Assembly: GCA_036271575.1 (NCBI GenBank)
Contig: DATBAJ010000035.1
Coordinates: 8,618 to 72,617, forward strand
DNA length: 64,000 nt
Reading direction: 5' to 3'
From: Gammaproteobacteria bacterium
GTDB lineage: Bacteria > Pseudomonadota > Gammaproteobacteria > Natronospirales > REEB76
Below are positions 47,764 to 57,416 of this stretch, piece after piece. The position numbers were made by a program, and so were the translations under genes. Below the pieces are notes generated by a model. The model saw only the letters and a program-made list of their open reading frames with translations, ran no database searches and had not been told where the DNA came from. The first letter of the stretch is position 1; each line of letters opens with the position of its first letter.

Positions 47764-48950
47764 GGGACCTCCGATGCGATCAATCTTTCCGCGAGCGCCG
47801 TGAAGCGTTCCGGGATGGTTTCGACATTGAGCGAGGCATAACGTTCCGCGAAAGCCCGTGCCGCCTCGGTGAAGGCGGGCTCGGCCATGAGCCGCTGGAA
47901 CTTCTGCCGCATCCCTTCCGGGGCCAAGGCCGGCGCTGCGAGACCCGCGCCCGCCTCTATCACCCGGGCCGACAGCATGCGCTGTTCCATATTGAGCGGC
48001 AACAGCAGCAGCGGTTTGCCGGCCAGCAGCGCGGCACTGATGGTGCCGTGACCGGAATGGCAGACCACCAGGTCCGCCCCCGCGACCGCGGCACGCAAGT
48101 CCACGGGCCGGTCCGAGAAAGCCAGATTGCCGCCTTCAAACCCCCTGCGGATATCTTCGGCGCCCTTGCCGAGATAGATGAGCGTCGGGTGGCCGGCGTC
48201 GCGCAGGGTCGCGAGCAACGCAGCGAGCGTATCGAAAGGCTTCAAGTAGGCGAATACACGCTTGCCGTCGCCCGGCGGCCAGGTGGGAGCCACTCCTGCA
48301 TCCTGTTGGGTCGGCCCCCAATAGTCTCCCGCATCGCGCCCGAGGTAATGGTCCAGTTCCCGGAACGTGAAGAACACGTTCGCCTCCGCCGTGTAGATGT
48401 CTGCAAGACGCGCGATGGGCGATTCATCCAAGCTCTGCAGCGCATCGTTTACGGTGACGGTGACCCGGGCTTCCGAGGCGACCAGGTCCGGGGCCGCATC
48501 GTCCGCGGCGAAGGCTGGGAACGGCGATACCGACGGCGGGATGCCGAAGCCCGTGCCCAGCACGACACGGGGGATCTTCAGGCCGCGCGCCGCCAGGAGA
48601 GCCGTGGGGCTATGGTCGAATACCAGGAGATCTGGATCGAGCAGAGCAAAGAGCCTGCGCCAGGCTCGTACGCGGCCGGCTAGATTGGCTGAGGCGTGGA
48701 AACCGGTGTTATGCATCACCTCGGCCAGGTTCCGGGTAGGCAGCCGGGGATCGGGCACCGCCTCGTTCTGATAGGGCGCCTGGAACCAACGGAAGTTCTC
48801 GGGATCGAGCAGCCGTTCTGCCGGCAGGCATTCGCGCACGATGAAGCTGACCTGGTGCCCATGCCGGTGCAGCGCTTCCGCCAGCGGCTTCATGCGCGCC
48901 ACGTGGCCCAAGTCGCCGCCCAGTTCCCAACACATGACGACATGTGCCAT
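47760..48950 (-). CDS. GT1-family (UDP-glycosyltransferase/MGT-like, GT-B) glycosyltransferase, copy 2
   Basis: 396 aa. The N-terminus is MAHVVMCWELGGDLGHVARMKPLAEALHRHGHQVSFIVRE. The C-terminal nucleotide-sugar motif is CHSGHGTISAALLAGKPLLLLPLNMEQ. Confidence 0.8.
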   Translation of the reverse strand: MAHVVMCWELGGDLGHVARMKPLAEALHRHGHQVSFIVRECLPAERLLDPENFRWFQAPYQNEAVPDPRLPTRNLAEVMHNTGFHASANLAGRVRAWRRLFALLDPDLLVFDHSPTALLAARGLKIPRVVLGTGFGIPPSVSPFPAFAADDAAPDLVASEARVTVTVNDALQSLDESPIARLADIYTAEANVFFTFRELDHYLGRDAGDYWGPTQQDAGVAPTWPPGDGKRVFAYLKPFDTLAALLATLRDAGHPTLIYLGKGAEDIRRGFEGGNLAFSDRPVDLRAAVAGADLVVCHSGHGTISAALLAGKPLLLLPLNMEQRMLSARVIEAGAGLAAPALAPEGMRQKFQRLMAEPAFTEAARAFAERYASLNVETIPERFTALAERLIASEVP

Positions 48951-48951
48951 G

Positions 48952-50136
48952 TCAGCGTTCCGCCGCCAGGCGCGTCACCAGCGCCGTGAACTTCGTGACC
49001 GCGCTTGCGGTATCCCAGTCGCGATGCCTCTGGGCGATGGCCCGCGCCTTTTCGCCGAAGGAGGGTTCGTCCAGAACTCGCGCCAGTTTGCGGAGGATGC
49101 CTTCACGCTTCAGCGCCGGTGCTGCGAGCCCCGCACCGCTCTCCTCGATACCGCGTGCGATGAGGAACATCTCCAGGTGCTGGGGCAGGACCACCACCGG
49201 CTTCCCCGCCAGCAACATCGCAGCCACGGTGCTGTGGCCGCTGGTCATCACCGCGGCATCGCAGTCGCGGGTGACGGCGGCCATGTCCTGCAGCGTGCCG
49301 GCGAAGACGAGCCGGGGCCCGGCGAAGCGGCGCAGTTCCGGCGCGAGCTTGGGTATGTAGACCAGCGTGCGATGGGCCGCGCCGGCCAAGGACTCCAGCA
49401 CTCCGGCCAGGCTCGGGAAAGGCTGCCCGTAGAAGAACACGCGCTTGCCCGAGCCCGCGGGCCAGCGCGGCGCGGCACCGCCCGGACCCGGCAGGACGCC
49501 CCAGTAATCTGCGCCAGCGCGCAGCGCCGCATAGTTGTCGAGTTCGGGGAAGGTGAACAAGGCCGGTGCCGTACCGGCGTACAGGTCCGCGACGCGGGTG
49601 AAGAGCGGCGCCCCAAGTCGTCGCGCGACATCGTTCATCTGCTGCAGTGCTTGCGCCTCGGCATCCGCCAGAAGTTTGGGGTCCGCCGGCGCCCAAGGCC
49701 GGAGCTCCGGCAACGGCGAGACATCCGGCGGCAGCACGAAACCGTTGCCGGTGATCACGCAGCGCATCGGGCCGCCGCGGGCTGCCAGCAGCGCGGTGGG
49801 GGCGTGATCGGCCACCAGCACGGCCGGCTTCAGCATCTCAAACAGGGATCGCCAGGCACGCACCCGCGCCCTGACTTCATCGGCGTGGTTGAATGCAGTG
49901 CTGAGCAGGATCTGGGGATAACTGTGCAGCGTGACCGCACCGGAGGGTGAGAAGTTGGCCGGCGCCGGATAGAAGGGGATGCCGCTACCTGCCAGCACCG
50001 CCTCGGCGGCCACCACGTCCCGCACCACGAAGCTGACCTCATGTCCCGCAGCTTTGAGCGGTCGGGCGAGGGTGAGGAGAGGGGCCAGATGCCCGTACCC
50101 GGCGCCCAGTTCCCAGGCCATGAGTATCTTGGCCAT
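48952..50136 (-). CDS. GT1-family (UDP-glycosyltransferase/MGT-like, GT-B) glycosyltransferase, copy 1
   Basis: 394 aa. The N-terminus is MAKILMAWELGAGYGHLAPLLTLARPLKAAGHEVSFVVRD. The C-terminal motif is TSGHSTVAAMLLAGKPVVVLPQHLEM. It is a paralog of the next gene, with a 1-nt gap between them. Confidence 0.8.
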   Translation of the reverse strand: MAKILMAWELGAGYGHLAPLLTLARPLKAAGHEVSFVVRDVVAAEAVLAGSGIPFYPAPANFSPSGAVTLHSYPQILLSTAFNHADEVRARVRAWRSLFEMLKPAVLVADHAPTALLAARGGPMRCVITGNGFVLPPDVSPLPELRPWAPADPKLLADAEAQALQQMNDVARRLGAPLFTRVADLYAGTAPALFTFPELDNYAALRAGADYWGVLPGPGGAAPRWPAGSGKRVFFYGQPFPSLAGVLESLAGAAHRTLVYIPKLAPELRRFAGPRLVFAGTLQDMAAVTRDCDAAVMTSGHSTVAAMLLAGKPVVVLPQHLEMFLIARGIEESGAGLAAPALKREGILRKLARVLDEPSFGEKARAIAQRHRDWDTASAVTKFTALVTRLAAER

Positions 50137-50170
50137 CCCGCGGATTTCCCCCGAAAACGAGGCCTCACTC

Positions 50171-50376
50171 TACCGGAAGATGCCGGACGGCGGCATGGAA
50201 CGCTACCCCCCTTTCCGGTATCATTTTCGGCCTCCGGAAACCAGATTTTTCGGCTTCGCGGTGCACGGATGCACCGCACGCGAATCAGGCACCCAAGTGC
50301 CTGATTCGGCGGAGGCGAGTCCGAGCATATGCCGGTCTCGCCGAGTCTGAAAAATCCTGGGATGGATTTTTCAGAC
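50171..50376 (+). other. Hairpin-dense structured region in the gcvT leader / divergent intergenic region
   Basis: The stems I can read are these. TACCGGAA/TTCCGGTA (50171-50220) encloses ATGCCG/CGGCAT. GCGGTGCA/TGCACCGC spans 50258-50277. CGAATCAGGCAC/GTGCCTGATTCG (50281-50308) has loop CCAA. GGCGAG/CTCGCC spans 50313-50342. GTCTGAAAAATCC/GGATTTTTCAGAC spans 50345-50376. Confidence 0.55.
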
Positions 50377-50389
50377 GTATGTTAAAACT

Positions 50390-50420
50390 GCGGTGGGTCT
50401 CCCACCGCCTTTTGATTTTC
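50390..50420 (+). terminator. Intrinsic terminator / attenuator hairpin immediately upstream of gcvT
   Basis: The sequence is GCGGTGGG-tct-CCCACCGC followed by CTTTTGATTTTC, on the plus strand. It ends 27 nt before the gcvT ATG. No plus-strand gene lies upstream for it to terminate. Confidence 0.7.
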
Positions 50421-50446
50421 AGCCACCGCGGACGATCCAAACAAGC

Positions 50447-51532
50447 ATGGGCAAGCGCACATCCCTCTATGACTCCCATGTCGCAGCCGGTGCGCGCATG
50501 GTCGACTTCGGCGGCTGGGATATGCCGGTGAACTACGGTTCGCAGATCGACGAGCACCACGCGGTGCGTAGCGATGCCGGAATGTTCGACGTCTCGCACA
50601 TGACGGTGGTGGACATGGAAGGCCCGCGGGTCGCCGAGTTCCTGCGCCACCTTCTGGCCAACGACGTGGCCAAGCTCAAGGAGCCCGGCAAGGCGCTCTA
50701 CAGCTGCATGCTCAACAACCAGGCCGGCATCATCGACGACCTGATCGTGTATTACATGCGTGACGGCTGGTTCCGCATGGTGGTGAACGCCGCCACCCAT
50801 GACAAAGACCTGGCCTGGATCAACCAGCAAGCCCAGCCGTATTCGATCAAGCTCACCGAACGTCAGGTGGTGATGATCGCGGTGCAGGGACCGAAGGCGC
50901 GCGAGAAAGCCGCTTCGGTACTGCCGGCGGCCTTGCGTGAACCGGCGCTGGCGCTCAAACCCTTCAGCGCGCTGGAAGGCGAGGACCTGTTCGTGGCGCG
51001 CACCGGCTACACCGGCGAAGACGGTTTCGAGATCATGCTCCCAGCAGAGCAGGGCGCGGACTATTGGCAGAAGTTCCTGAAGGCAGGCGTCAAACCCGCG
51101 GGCCTGGGCGCGCGCGATACGCTGCGCCTGGAAGCGGCCATGAACCTGTACGGCTCCGACATGGACGAGGGCGTGACGCCGCTCGAATCGGGCTTGGCCT
51201 GGACCATCGCCTGGGAACCCAACGACCGCGACTTCATCGGCCGCAAGGCTCTCACCTCCCAGCGCGACGCGGGCCCGCGCCGCAAGCTCGTCGGCCTGGT
51301 GCTGGAAGACAAGGGTGTGCTGCGCGGTCACCAGAAGGTGGTGAGCAGCGCCGGTGAGGGCGAGATCACCAGCGGCACCTTCTCACCGACCTTGGACCGC
51401 TCCATCGCCCTGGCACGCGTGCCCGTCGCCACCGGCGATGAGGTGCAGGTGGACATCCGCGGCAAGCTTCTCAGGGCGCGGGTGGTGAAGCCACCTTTCG
51501 CCCGCAACGGCAAAGCCATAGTCAAAGTCTGA
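50447..51532 (+). CDS. gcvT: Glycine cleavage system aminomethyltransferase (T protein)
   Basis: Trimmed to [52 protein letters not shown], giving 361 aa. Confidence 0.95.
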   Translation: MGKRTSLYDSHVAAGARMVDFGGWDMPVNYGSQIDEHHAVRSDAGMFDVSHMTVVDMEGPRVAEFLRHLLANDVAKLKEPGKALYSCMLNNQAGIIDDLIVYYMRDGWFRMVVNAATHDKDLAWINQQAQPYSIKLTERQVVMIAVQGPKAREKAASVLPAALREPALALKPFSALEGEDLFVARTGYTGEDGFEIMLPAEQGADYWQKFLKAGVKPAGLGARDTLRLEAAMNLYGSDMDEGVTPLESGLAWTIAWEPNDRDFIGRKALTSQRDAGPRRKLVGLVLEDKGVLRGHQKVVSSAGEGEITSGTFSPTLDRSIALARVPVATGDEVQVDIRGKLLRARVVKPPFARNGKAIVKV

Positions 51533-51556
51533 AACGAACTCAAGCTGGAGAGCGCG

Positions 51557-51949
51557 ATGAGCAAGATCCCCGCCGACCTGAAGTACACCAAGAGCCATGA
51601 ATGGGTGAAGCTCGGCGCCGACGGCGTGGCCGCCATAGGCATCACCGACCATGCTCAGGCCGCGCTCGGCGATCTCGTGTTCGTGGAGCCGCCGAAGAAG
51701 GGACGCAGCCTGAAGGCTGGCGAGAGCTTCGCCGTGGTGGAATCCGTGAAGGCCGCATCCGACGTGTACAGCCCCGTCGCTGGTGATGTCGTCGAGGGCA
51801 ACGAAGCCCTGAACGATACCCCCGAGATGATCAACAAGGATGCCTATGGCGCCTGGCTCATGCGGCTCAAGCCCGCCAACGCCAAGGATGTGGACGGCCT
51901 GATGGATGCCAAGGCCTATGAGAAGTTCCTGGCGGACGAAGCCCACTGA
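51557..51949 (+). CDS. gcvH: Glycine cleavage system H protein
   Basis: 130 aa. The sequence YTKSHEWVK...[12 protein letters not shown] contains the lipoyl-Lys motif. Confidence 0.97.
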   Translation: MSKIPADLKYTKSHEWVKLGADGVAAIGITDHAQAALGDLVFVEPPKKGRSLKAGESFAVVESVKAASDVYSPVAGDVVEGNEALNDTPEMINKDAYGAWLMRLKPANAKDVDGLMDAKAYEKFLADEAH

Positions 51950-52034
51950 CGGTGGCTTGAAGCTGCGGATCCGAACCTTATATCCAGGAAGGGCCCTTGC
52001 GGGCCCTTCGCCACCAAGAGACCCGACGCCGAAC

Positions 52035-54932
52035 ATGACCGCCCGTACCCCACTCAGCACCCTGGAACAGCACGACGCCTTCAGCGGCCGCCACATCGGC
52101 CCGGACTCCGACGAACAGAAGGCCATGCTGAAGGAGTTGGGATTCGCCAGCCGCGCGGCGCTGATGGATGCCATCGTCCCCGCCAACATCCGCCGCAAGG
52201 AGCCGCTGCCGCTGGGCCGTTTCTCCGAGCCCAAATCCGAGCATGAGGCGCTGGCGCAGCTCAAGCTGCTGGCCGCCAAGAACAGCGTGTTCAAGACCTT
52301 CATCGGCCAGGGTTACTACGGTACCTATACCCCCGGCGTGATACTGCGCAACATCTTCGAGAACCCGGCCTGGTACACCGCGTACACGCCCTACCAGCCG
52401 GAGATCTCCCAGGGCCGCCTGGAGGCGCTGCTGAACTTCCAGCAGATGGTCACGGACCTCACCGGCCTCGACATCGCCAACGCCTCGATGCTGGATGAAT
52501 CCACCGCCGCCGCGGAAGCCATGACGCTAGTGAAGCGCATGAGCAAGTCTGATTCGAACACATTCTTCGTGGCGGACGACGTGCTGCCCCAGACCATCGA
52601 GGTGGTGCAGACCCGCGCCAAGCCGCTGAACCTGAAGGTGGTGGTAGGCAAGGCGGAAGACGCCGCCGGCACCGATTGTTTCGGTGCGCTGTTCCAGTAC
52701 CCGGGTGCGGGTGGCGAAGTGCGGGATTACCGCGCCGTGGCCGAGAAGCTGCACGCCAAGGGCGCGGCCGTCATCGCCGCCGCCGACCTGCTGGCGCTCA
52801 CGCTGCTGACTCCGCCCGCCGAGTGGGGCGCGGATGTGGCAGTGGGCAACACCCAGCGCTTCGGCGTGCCGATGGGTTTCGGCGGTCCGCATGCCGCGTA
52901 CCTCGCCACCAAGGATGACTTCAAGCGTGCCATGCCCGGACGCCTGGTCGGCGTCACCGTCGACGCGCAGGGCAAGCCGGCTTTGCGCCTGGCGCTGCAG
53001 ACCCGCGAGCAACACATCCGCCGCGAGAAAGCCACGTCCAACATCTGCACTGCGCAGGCCTTGCTCGCCATCATGGCCAGCATGTACGCCGTGTATCACG
53101 GCCCCAAGGGCTTGCGCACCATCGCCGAGCGCGTGCACCGCCTGACCAGCGTACTGGCGGCGGGCCTCAAGCAGCTGGGCCTCGCACCGGTCAATGAACA
53201 TTTCTTCGATACCCTGACGGTGCGCACCGCCGGCAATACCGCCGCCGTGCATCACGCCGCCAATGCCAAGCGCATGAACCTGCGTCAGGTGGACGATGCC
53301 CACGTGGGCATCTCGCTGGACGAGACCATCAGCCGCGAGCACGTGGAGAAGCTCTGGTCGCTGCTGGCCACGGCCACCGGCAAGGCCGGCAGCCTGCCGG
53401 ACTTCGCGGCCCTGGAGAAGGACGTCGGCCATGCCTGGCCCGCCGCCCTCGAGCGCAAGAGCGCCTATCTCACCCACAAGATCTTCAACGTGCATCATTC
53501 CGAACACGAGATGCTGCGTTACCTGCGTGAGCTGGCCGACAAGGATCTGGCGCTGGACCGCAGCATGATCCCGCTGGGCTCCTGCACCATGAAGCTCAAT
53601 GCCGTGAGCGAGATGCTGCCGGTCTCGTGGCCGGAGTTCGCGCACGTGCACCCCTTCGCGCCGGACACCCAGACCGTGGGTTACCGCGACATGATCGCGG
53701 AGCTGGAGCAGATGTTGGTGGCCTGTACCGGCTACGCGGCGGTGTCACTGCAGCCCAACGCCGGTTCCCAGGGCGAATATGCCGGGCTGCTCATCATCCA
53801 CGCCTATCACGCCTCCCGCGGTGAGTCACAGCGCGACATATGCCTGATCCCGTCCTCTGCCCATGGCACCAACCCCGCGTCGGCGCACATGGCCGGCATG
53901 CAGGTGGTGGTGGTGGCCTGCGACGACAACGGCAACGTGGATATCGCCGACCTCAAGGCCAAGGCCGAGCAGCATAAGGACAAGCTGGCCTGCATCATGA
54001 TCACTTACCCCTCGACCCACGGCGTGTTCGAGGCGGGCGTGCGCCAGATCTGCGACATCGTGCATGCCAATGGCGGCCAGGTGTACGTGGACGGCGCCAA
54101 CATGAACGCCATGGTGGGCCTCGCGGCGCCGGGTCATTTTGGCGGCGACGTCTCGCATCTGAATCTGCACAAGACCTTCTGCATCCCCCATGGCGGCGGC
54201 GGCCCGGGCGTCGGCCCCGTAGCGGTGGGTCCGCACCTCGCCAAGTTCCTGCCCAATGCGCGTTCCGTGGGTTATGTGCGCGGCAACGAAGGCATCGGCG
54301 CCGTGGCCGGCGCACCTTACGGCTCCGCCTCGATCCTGCCCATCTCCTGGATGTACGTGGCCATGATGGGCGCTTCCGGCCTCATCGCGGCCACCGAGGC
54401 GGCGATCCTCAACGCCAACTACCTGGCGAAGAAGCTCGCGCTCCATTACCCGGTGCTGTACAGCGGTCCCGGCGGCCTCGTGGCCCACGAGTGCATCCTG
54501 GATCTGCGTCCCATCAAGGATGCGAGCGGCATCAGCGTGGACGACGTGGCCAAGCGCCTCACCGACTACGGTTTCCATGCGCCCACCATGAGCTTCCCGG
54601 TGCCCGGCACGCTGATGGTGGAACCGACCGAATCCGAATCCAAGCACGAACTGGACCGCTTCATCGAGGCCATGATCGCCATCCGCGGGGAGATCCGCGC
54701 GGTGGAGGAGGGCAAGCTGGACCGGGAAGACAACCCGCTGAAGCACGCCCCCCATACCGCGGAGATCGTGACGGCGGACGATTGGCAGCACAAGTACAGC
54801 CGTGAGCAAGCGGCCTATCCCGTGCCTTCGCTGCGCCGCCGCAAGTATTGGGCGCCGGTGGGCCGCGCCGACAACGTCTACGGCGACCGCAACCTGATGT
54901 GCAGCTGCCCGCCGCTCACGGACTATGAATAG
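52035..54932 (+). CDS. gcvP: Glycine dehydrogenase (decarboxylating), single-chain P protein
   Basis: Trimmed to [23 protein letters not shown], giving 965 aa. The PLP-Lys context is [17 protein letters not shown]. Confidence 0.97.
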   Translation: MTARTPLSTLEQHDAFSGRHIGPDSDEQKAMLKELGFASRAALMDAIVPANIRRKEPLPLGRFSEPKSEHEALAQLKLLAAKNSVFKTFIGQGYYGTYTPGVILRNIFENPAWYTAYTPYQPEISQGRLEALLNFQQMVTDLTGLDIANASMLDESTAAAEAMTLVKRMSKSDSNTFFVADDVLPQTIEVVQTRAKPLNLKVVVGKAEDAAGTDCFGALFQYPGAGGEVRDYRAVAEKLHAKGAAVIAAADLLALTLLTPPAEWGADVAVGNTQRFGVPMGFGGPHAAYLATKDDFKRAMPGRLVGVTVDAQGKPALRLALQTREQHIRREKATSNICTAQALLAIMASMYAVYHGPKGLRTIAERVHRLTSVLAAGLKQLGLAPVNEHFFDTLTVRTAGNTAAVHHAANAKRMNLRQVDDAHVGISLDETISREHVEKLWSLLATATGKAGSLPDFAALEKDVGHAWPAALERKSAYLTHKIFNVHHSEHEMLRYLRELADKDLALDRSMIPLGSCTMKLNAVSEMLPVSWPEFAHVHPFAPDTQTVGYRDMIAELEQMLVACTGYAAVSLQPNAGSQGEYAGLLIIHAYHASRGESQRDICLIPSSAHGTNPASAHMAGMQVVVVACDDNGNVDIADLKAKAEQHKDKLACIMITYPSTHGVFEAGVRQICDIVHANGGQVYVDGANMNAMVGLAAPGHFGGDVSHLNLHKTFCIPHGGGGPGVGPVAVGPHLAKFLPNARSVGYVRGNEGIGAVAGAPYGSASILPISWMYVAMMGASGLIAATEAAILNANYLAKKLALHYPVLYSGPGGLVAHECILDLRPIKDASGISVDDVAKRLTDYGFHAPTMSFPVPGTLMVEPTESESKHELDRFIEAMIAIRGEIRAVEEGKLDREDNPLKHAPHTAEIVTADDWQHKYSREQAAYPVPSLRRRKYWAPVGRADNVYGDRNLMCSCPPLTDYE

Positions 54933-55254
54933 ACCTGCCTTCAACGCCACCCGCGATGTCATCATCCAGGTGGAGGATATGGGACGGGCCTTGAAGTTCT
55001 ACGGCGAGACCCTGGGACTCAAGGTCTCGAAAGAGTACGGGCATTGCACCGGCTTCGAGGCGGGCGGTGTCCAGCTCTTCGTCGAGCAGGGCAAGCGACC
55101 CGGCCCGGTATTCGAGTTCCTGGTACCGGACCTGCAGGCGGCGAAGCAGAAACTGCTGGCGGCGGGCTGTCAGTTGGTGGAAGAGGACCCGGAGTTGCCG
55201 CGGCTCTACCTGCGCGACCCCTACGGATTGACGTTCAACCTGTCCCAGCGCTGA
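54925..55254 (+). CDS. VOC (glyoxalase/bleomycin-resistance) family protein
   Basis: 109 aa. The sequence [21 protein letters not shown]...[11 protein letters not shown] fits the VOC beta-alpha-beta-beta-beta pattern. It overlaps the gcvP end by 8 nt. Confidence 0.7.
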   Translation: MNRPAFNATRDVIIQVEDMGRALKFYGETLGLKVSKEYGHCTGFEAGGVQLFVEQGKRPGPVFEFLVPDLQAAKQKLLAAGCQLVEEDPELPRLYLRDPYGLTFNLSQR

Positions 55255-55286
55255 AAGCTGGGTCAAACGGAATGGAGGACTAGACC

Positions 55287-55787
55287 ATGGCCAAGATCGC
55301 ATTGCGTGGAAATCCCGTAAACACCAGCGGCGAGCTGCCGAAGGTCGGCAGCAAGGCCCCGGACTTCCACCTGGTCAACAAAGACCTGAAGGATGTCTCC
55401 CTGGCGGACTTCAAGGGCAAGAAGAAGGTGCTGAACATCTATCCCAGCATCGACACCCCGGTCTGCGCGCTCTCCACGCGCAAGTTCAACGAGCACGCCA
55501 AGGCCCACGCCGACACGGTGATGCTGATGGTCTCCGCGGACCTGCCCTTCGCCCAGTCGCGCTTCTGCGGCAACGAGAACCTGCCTAACGTGATCACGCT
55601 CTCCATGATGCGCGGCCGCGAGTTCGGCGACAGCTACGGCGTGTGGCTCAAGGACGGCCCGCTGGCCGGTGTCACCGCCCGCGCGGTGGTGGTGCTGGAT
55701 AAGGACGACAAGGTGGTGCACACGGAGATGGTCTCGGACATCGCCAACGAGCCGAACTATGACGCCGCCTTGAAGGCACTCGGATGA
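55287..55787 (+). CDS. tpx: Thiol peroxidase
   Basis: 166 aa. The motifs [10 protein letters not shown], the peroxidatic Cys in SIDTPVC and the resolving Cys in RFCG are present. Confidence 0.93.
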   Translation: MAKIALRGNPVNTSGELPKVGSKAPDFHLVNKDLKDVSLADFKGKKKVLNIYPSIDTPVCALSTRKFNEHAKAHADTVMLMVSADLPFAQSRFCGNENLPNVITLSMMRGREFGDSYGVWLKDGPLAGVTARAVVVLDKDDKVVHTEMVSDIANEPNYDAALKALG

Positions 55788-56173
55788 CGATCAGCGGACG
55801 CGCCAGCGATGGGCTCTCCGGGCTGGCGCGTCTGCAACGTGCCACCAGCGTCGGTTTCACTGCGCTGGCCTGGGCCTTCCGCAACGAGGAGGCCTTCCGC
55901 CTGGAAGTGCTGGGTGCGGTGGTGCTGATCCCGCTGGGGCTGTGGCTGGGCCACGGCGGCGTGGAGCGTGCGCTCCTGGCCGCCGCCATCCTGCAGGTGA
56001 TGATCGTCGAACTCTTGAACACGGCCGTCGAAGTGGTGGTGGACCGCATCAGCATCGAGCGCCACGCGCTCTCGGGTCTGGCCAAGGACTTAGGGTCAGC
56101 GGCGGTCATGATCAGTCTGCTTCTCGCCACGGTCATCTGGGCCTGTATCCTCTTGCCGCGCTTCTTCGTCTGA
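55784..56173 (+). CDS. dgkA: Diacylglycerol kinase
   Basis: 129 aa with 3 TM segments. The motifs [23 protein letters not shown] and KDLGSAAV are present. The start overlaps the tpx stop (ATGA). Confidence 0.88.
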   Translation: MTISGRASDGLSGLARLQRATSVGFTALAWAFRNEEAFRLEVLGAVVLIPLGLWLGHGGVERALLAAAILQVMIVELLNTAVEVVVDRISIERHALSGLAKDLGSAAVMISLLLATVIWACILLPRFFV

Positions 56174-56372
56174 AAAGCTGCTGCGCTTGGCAGGGCGTTG
56201 TCTGTAGCAGGATGCGTACGTGCCGCGGAACACAGGGGTGTGCGAGAGCAGCGAGCGCGAGGACTCGCCTAGCCCCATTTCGTTGCGCTGTCCTGCTCCA
56301 CGAAATGCTGGGCGGGCATCCTGCCCACCCGCGCATCGCATGCGATGCGCCTGCGCTCGCGACGCTTTTCAG
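56170..56372. repeat. Structured GC-rich intergenic element bounded by 9-bp inverted repeat
   Basis: CTGAAAAGC (56170-56178) and GCTTTTCAG (56364-56372) bracket ~185 nt. The interior contains a perfect 20-bp palindrome GCGCATCGCATGCGATGCGC (56331-56350), the hairpin GGGCGGGCA/TGCCCACCC and the hairpin CATTTCGT/ACGAAATG. Confidence 0.5.
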
Positions 56373-56421
56373 GTAGTCTTTTTCCCTCAGGGGTTAACCT
56401 TCCAGATTCAGGGTTCCTAAC

Positions 56422-57366
56422 ATGACGATTTTGGTCTGTGGTTCGCTGGCCTTCGACACCATCATGGTGTTCCCCGAAGCGTTCAAGGACCACATCCTTC
56501 CCGACAAGATCCACAGCCTGAACGTGTGCTTCCAGGTGCCGCAGATCCGCCGCGAGTTCGGCGGTACCGCCGGCAACATCGCCTACAACCTGAAGCTGCT
56601 GGGTGAGACGGGCCTGCCCATGGCCACTGTGGGCATGGATTTCGCTCCCTACGCCGAGTGGATGGATAAGCAGCAGATCCCGCGCACCTATATAAAAGAG
56701 ATCGCCGGGGCCTATACCGCACAGGCCTTCATCACCACCGACGTGCATGACAACCAGATCACTGCTTTCCATCCCGGCGCCATGGGTAATGCCCATGAAC
56801 AGAAGGTGCCCCTTACTGAGGGGATCACCCTCGGGATCGTCTCGCCGGATGGTGGCGAAGCCATGAAGCAGCACGCGGAACAGTTCCATAAAGCCGGCAT
56901 CCCTTTCATGTTCGATCCCGGCCAGGGCCTGCCACTCTTCGGTAAGGAAGACCTGCTGCGCTTCATCGAACTCGCCGACTGGGTAGCGGTGAACGACTAC
57001 GAATCCTCCATGCTGGAACAGAAGACCGGTCTCACGGCTTACCAGATCGCGGAACGCGTGAAGGCATTGATCGTCACCTGGGGCAGCAAGGGGTCGGTGA
57101 TCTATTCCCAAGGCCGGCGTGTGGATATCGAGACCGTGAAGGCCGAGGCGGTGGTGGACCCCACCGGTTGCGGCGATTCATTCCGCGCCGGCCTCTTGTA
57201 CGGCATCACCCACGGTCTGGACTGGGAGACCAGCGGCCAGATCGCCTCGCTCATGGGTTCCATCAAGATCGCCCACAAGGGCACCCAGAACCATCATTTC
57301 ACACGCGAAGAGTTCGCCAAGCGTTACGAGAGCGCCTTCGGTACGACACTTCCCGAACTTTCCTGA
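56422..57366 (+). CDS. PfkB-family carbohydrate/nucleoside kinase (adenosine-kinase-like)
   Basis: 314 aa. The sequence MTILVCGSLAFDTIMVF...GGTAGNIAYNLKLLG is present. The C-terminal motif DPTGCGDSFRAGLLYG is the PfkB signature (DTxGAGD-like). Confidence 0.8.
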   Translation: MTILVCGSLAFDTIMVFPEAFKDHILPDKIHSLNVCFQVPQIRREFGGTAGNIAYNLKLLGETGLPMATVGMDFAPYAEWMDKQQIPRTYIKEIAGAYTAQAFITTDVHDNQITAFHPGAMGNAHEQKVPLTEGITLGIVSPDGGEAMKQHAEQFHKAGIPFMFDPGQGLPLFGKEDLLRFIELADWVAVNDYESSMLEQKTGLTAYQIAERVKALIVTWGSKGSVIYSQGRRVDIETVKAEAVVDPTGCGDSFRAGLLYGITHGLDWETSGQIASLMGSIKIAHKGTQNHHFTREEFAKRYESAFGTTLPELS

Positions 57367-57416
57367 AAGCCCATACTCGAATACCTTAAGCCTTCACTTT
57401 TCCAATCGGACCCCTC

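Noticed and set aside
50137..50446. A standard tandem glycine riboswitch upstream of gcvT.
   Set aside because: I looked for the conserved cores (CUCUGGAGAG, CCGAAGGRGCAA, CUCAGGCAAAAGGAC) on both strands and found none. The region is kept as an unexplained structured leader instead. An Infernal scan is needed to be sure.
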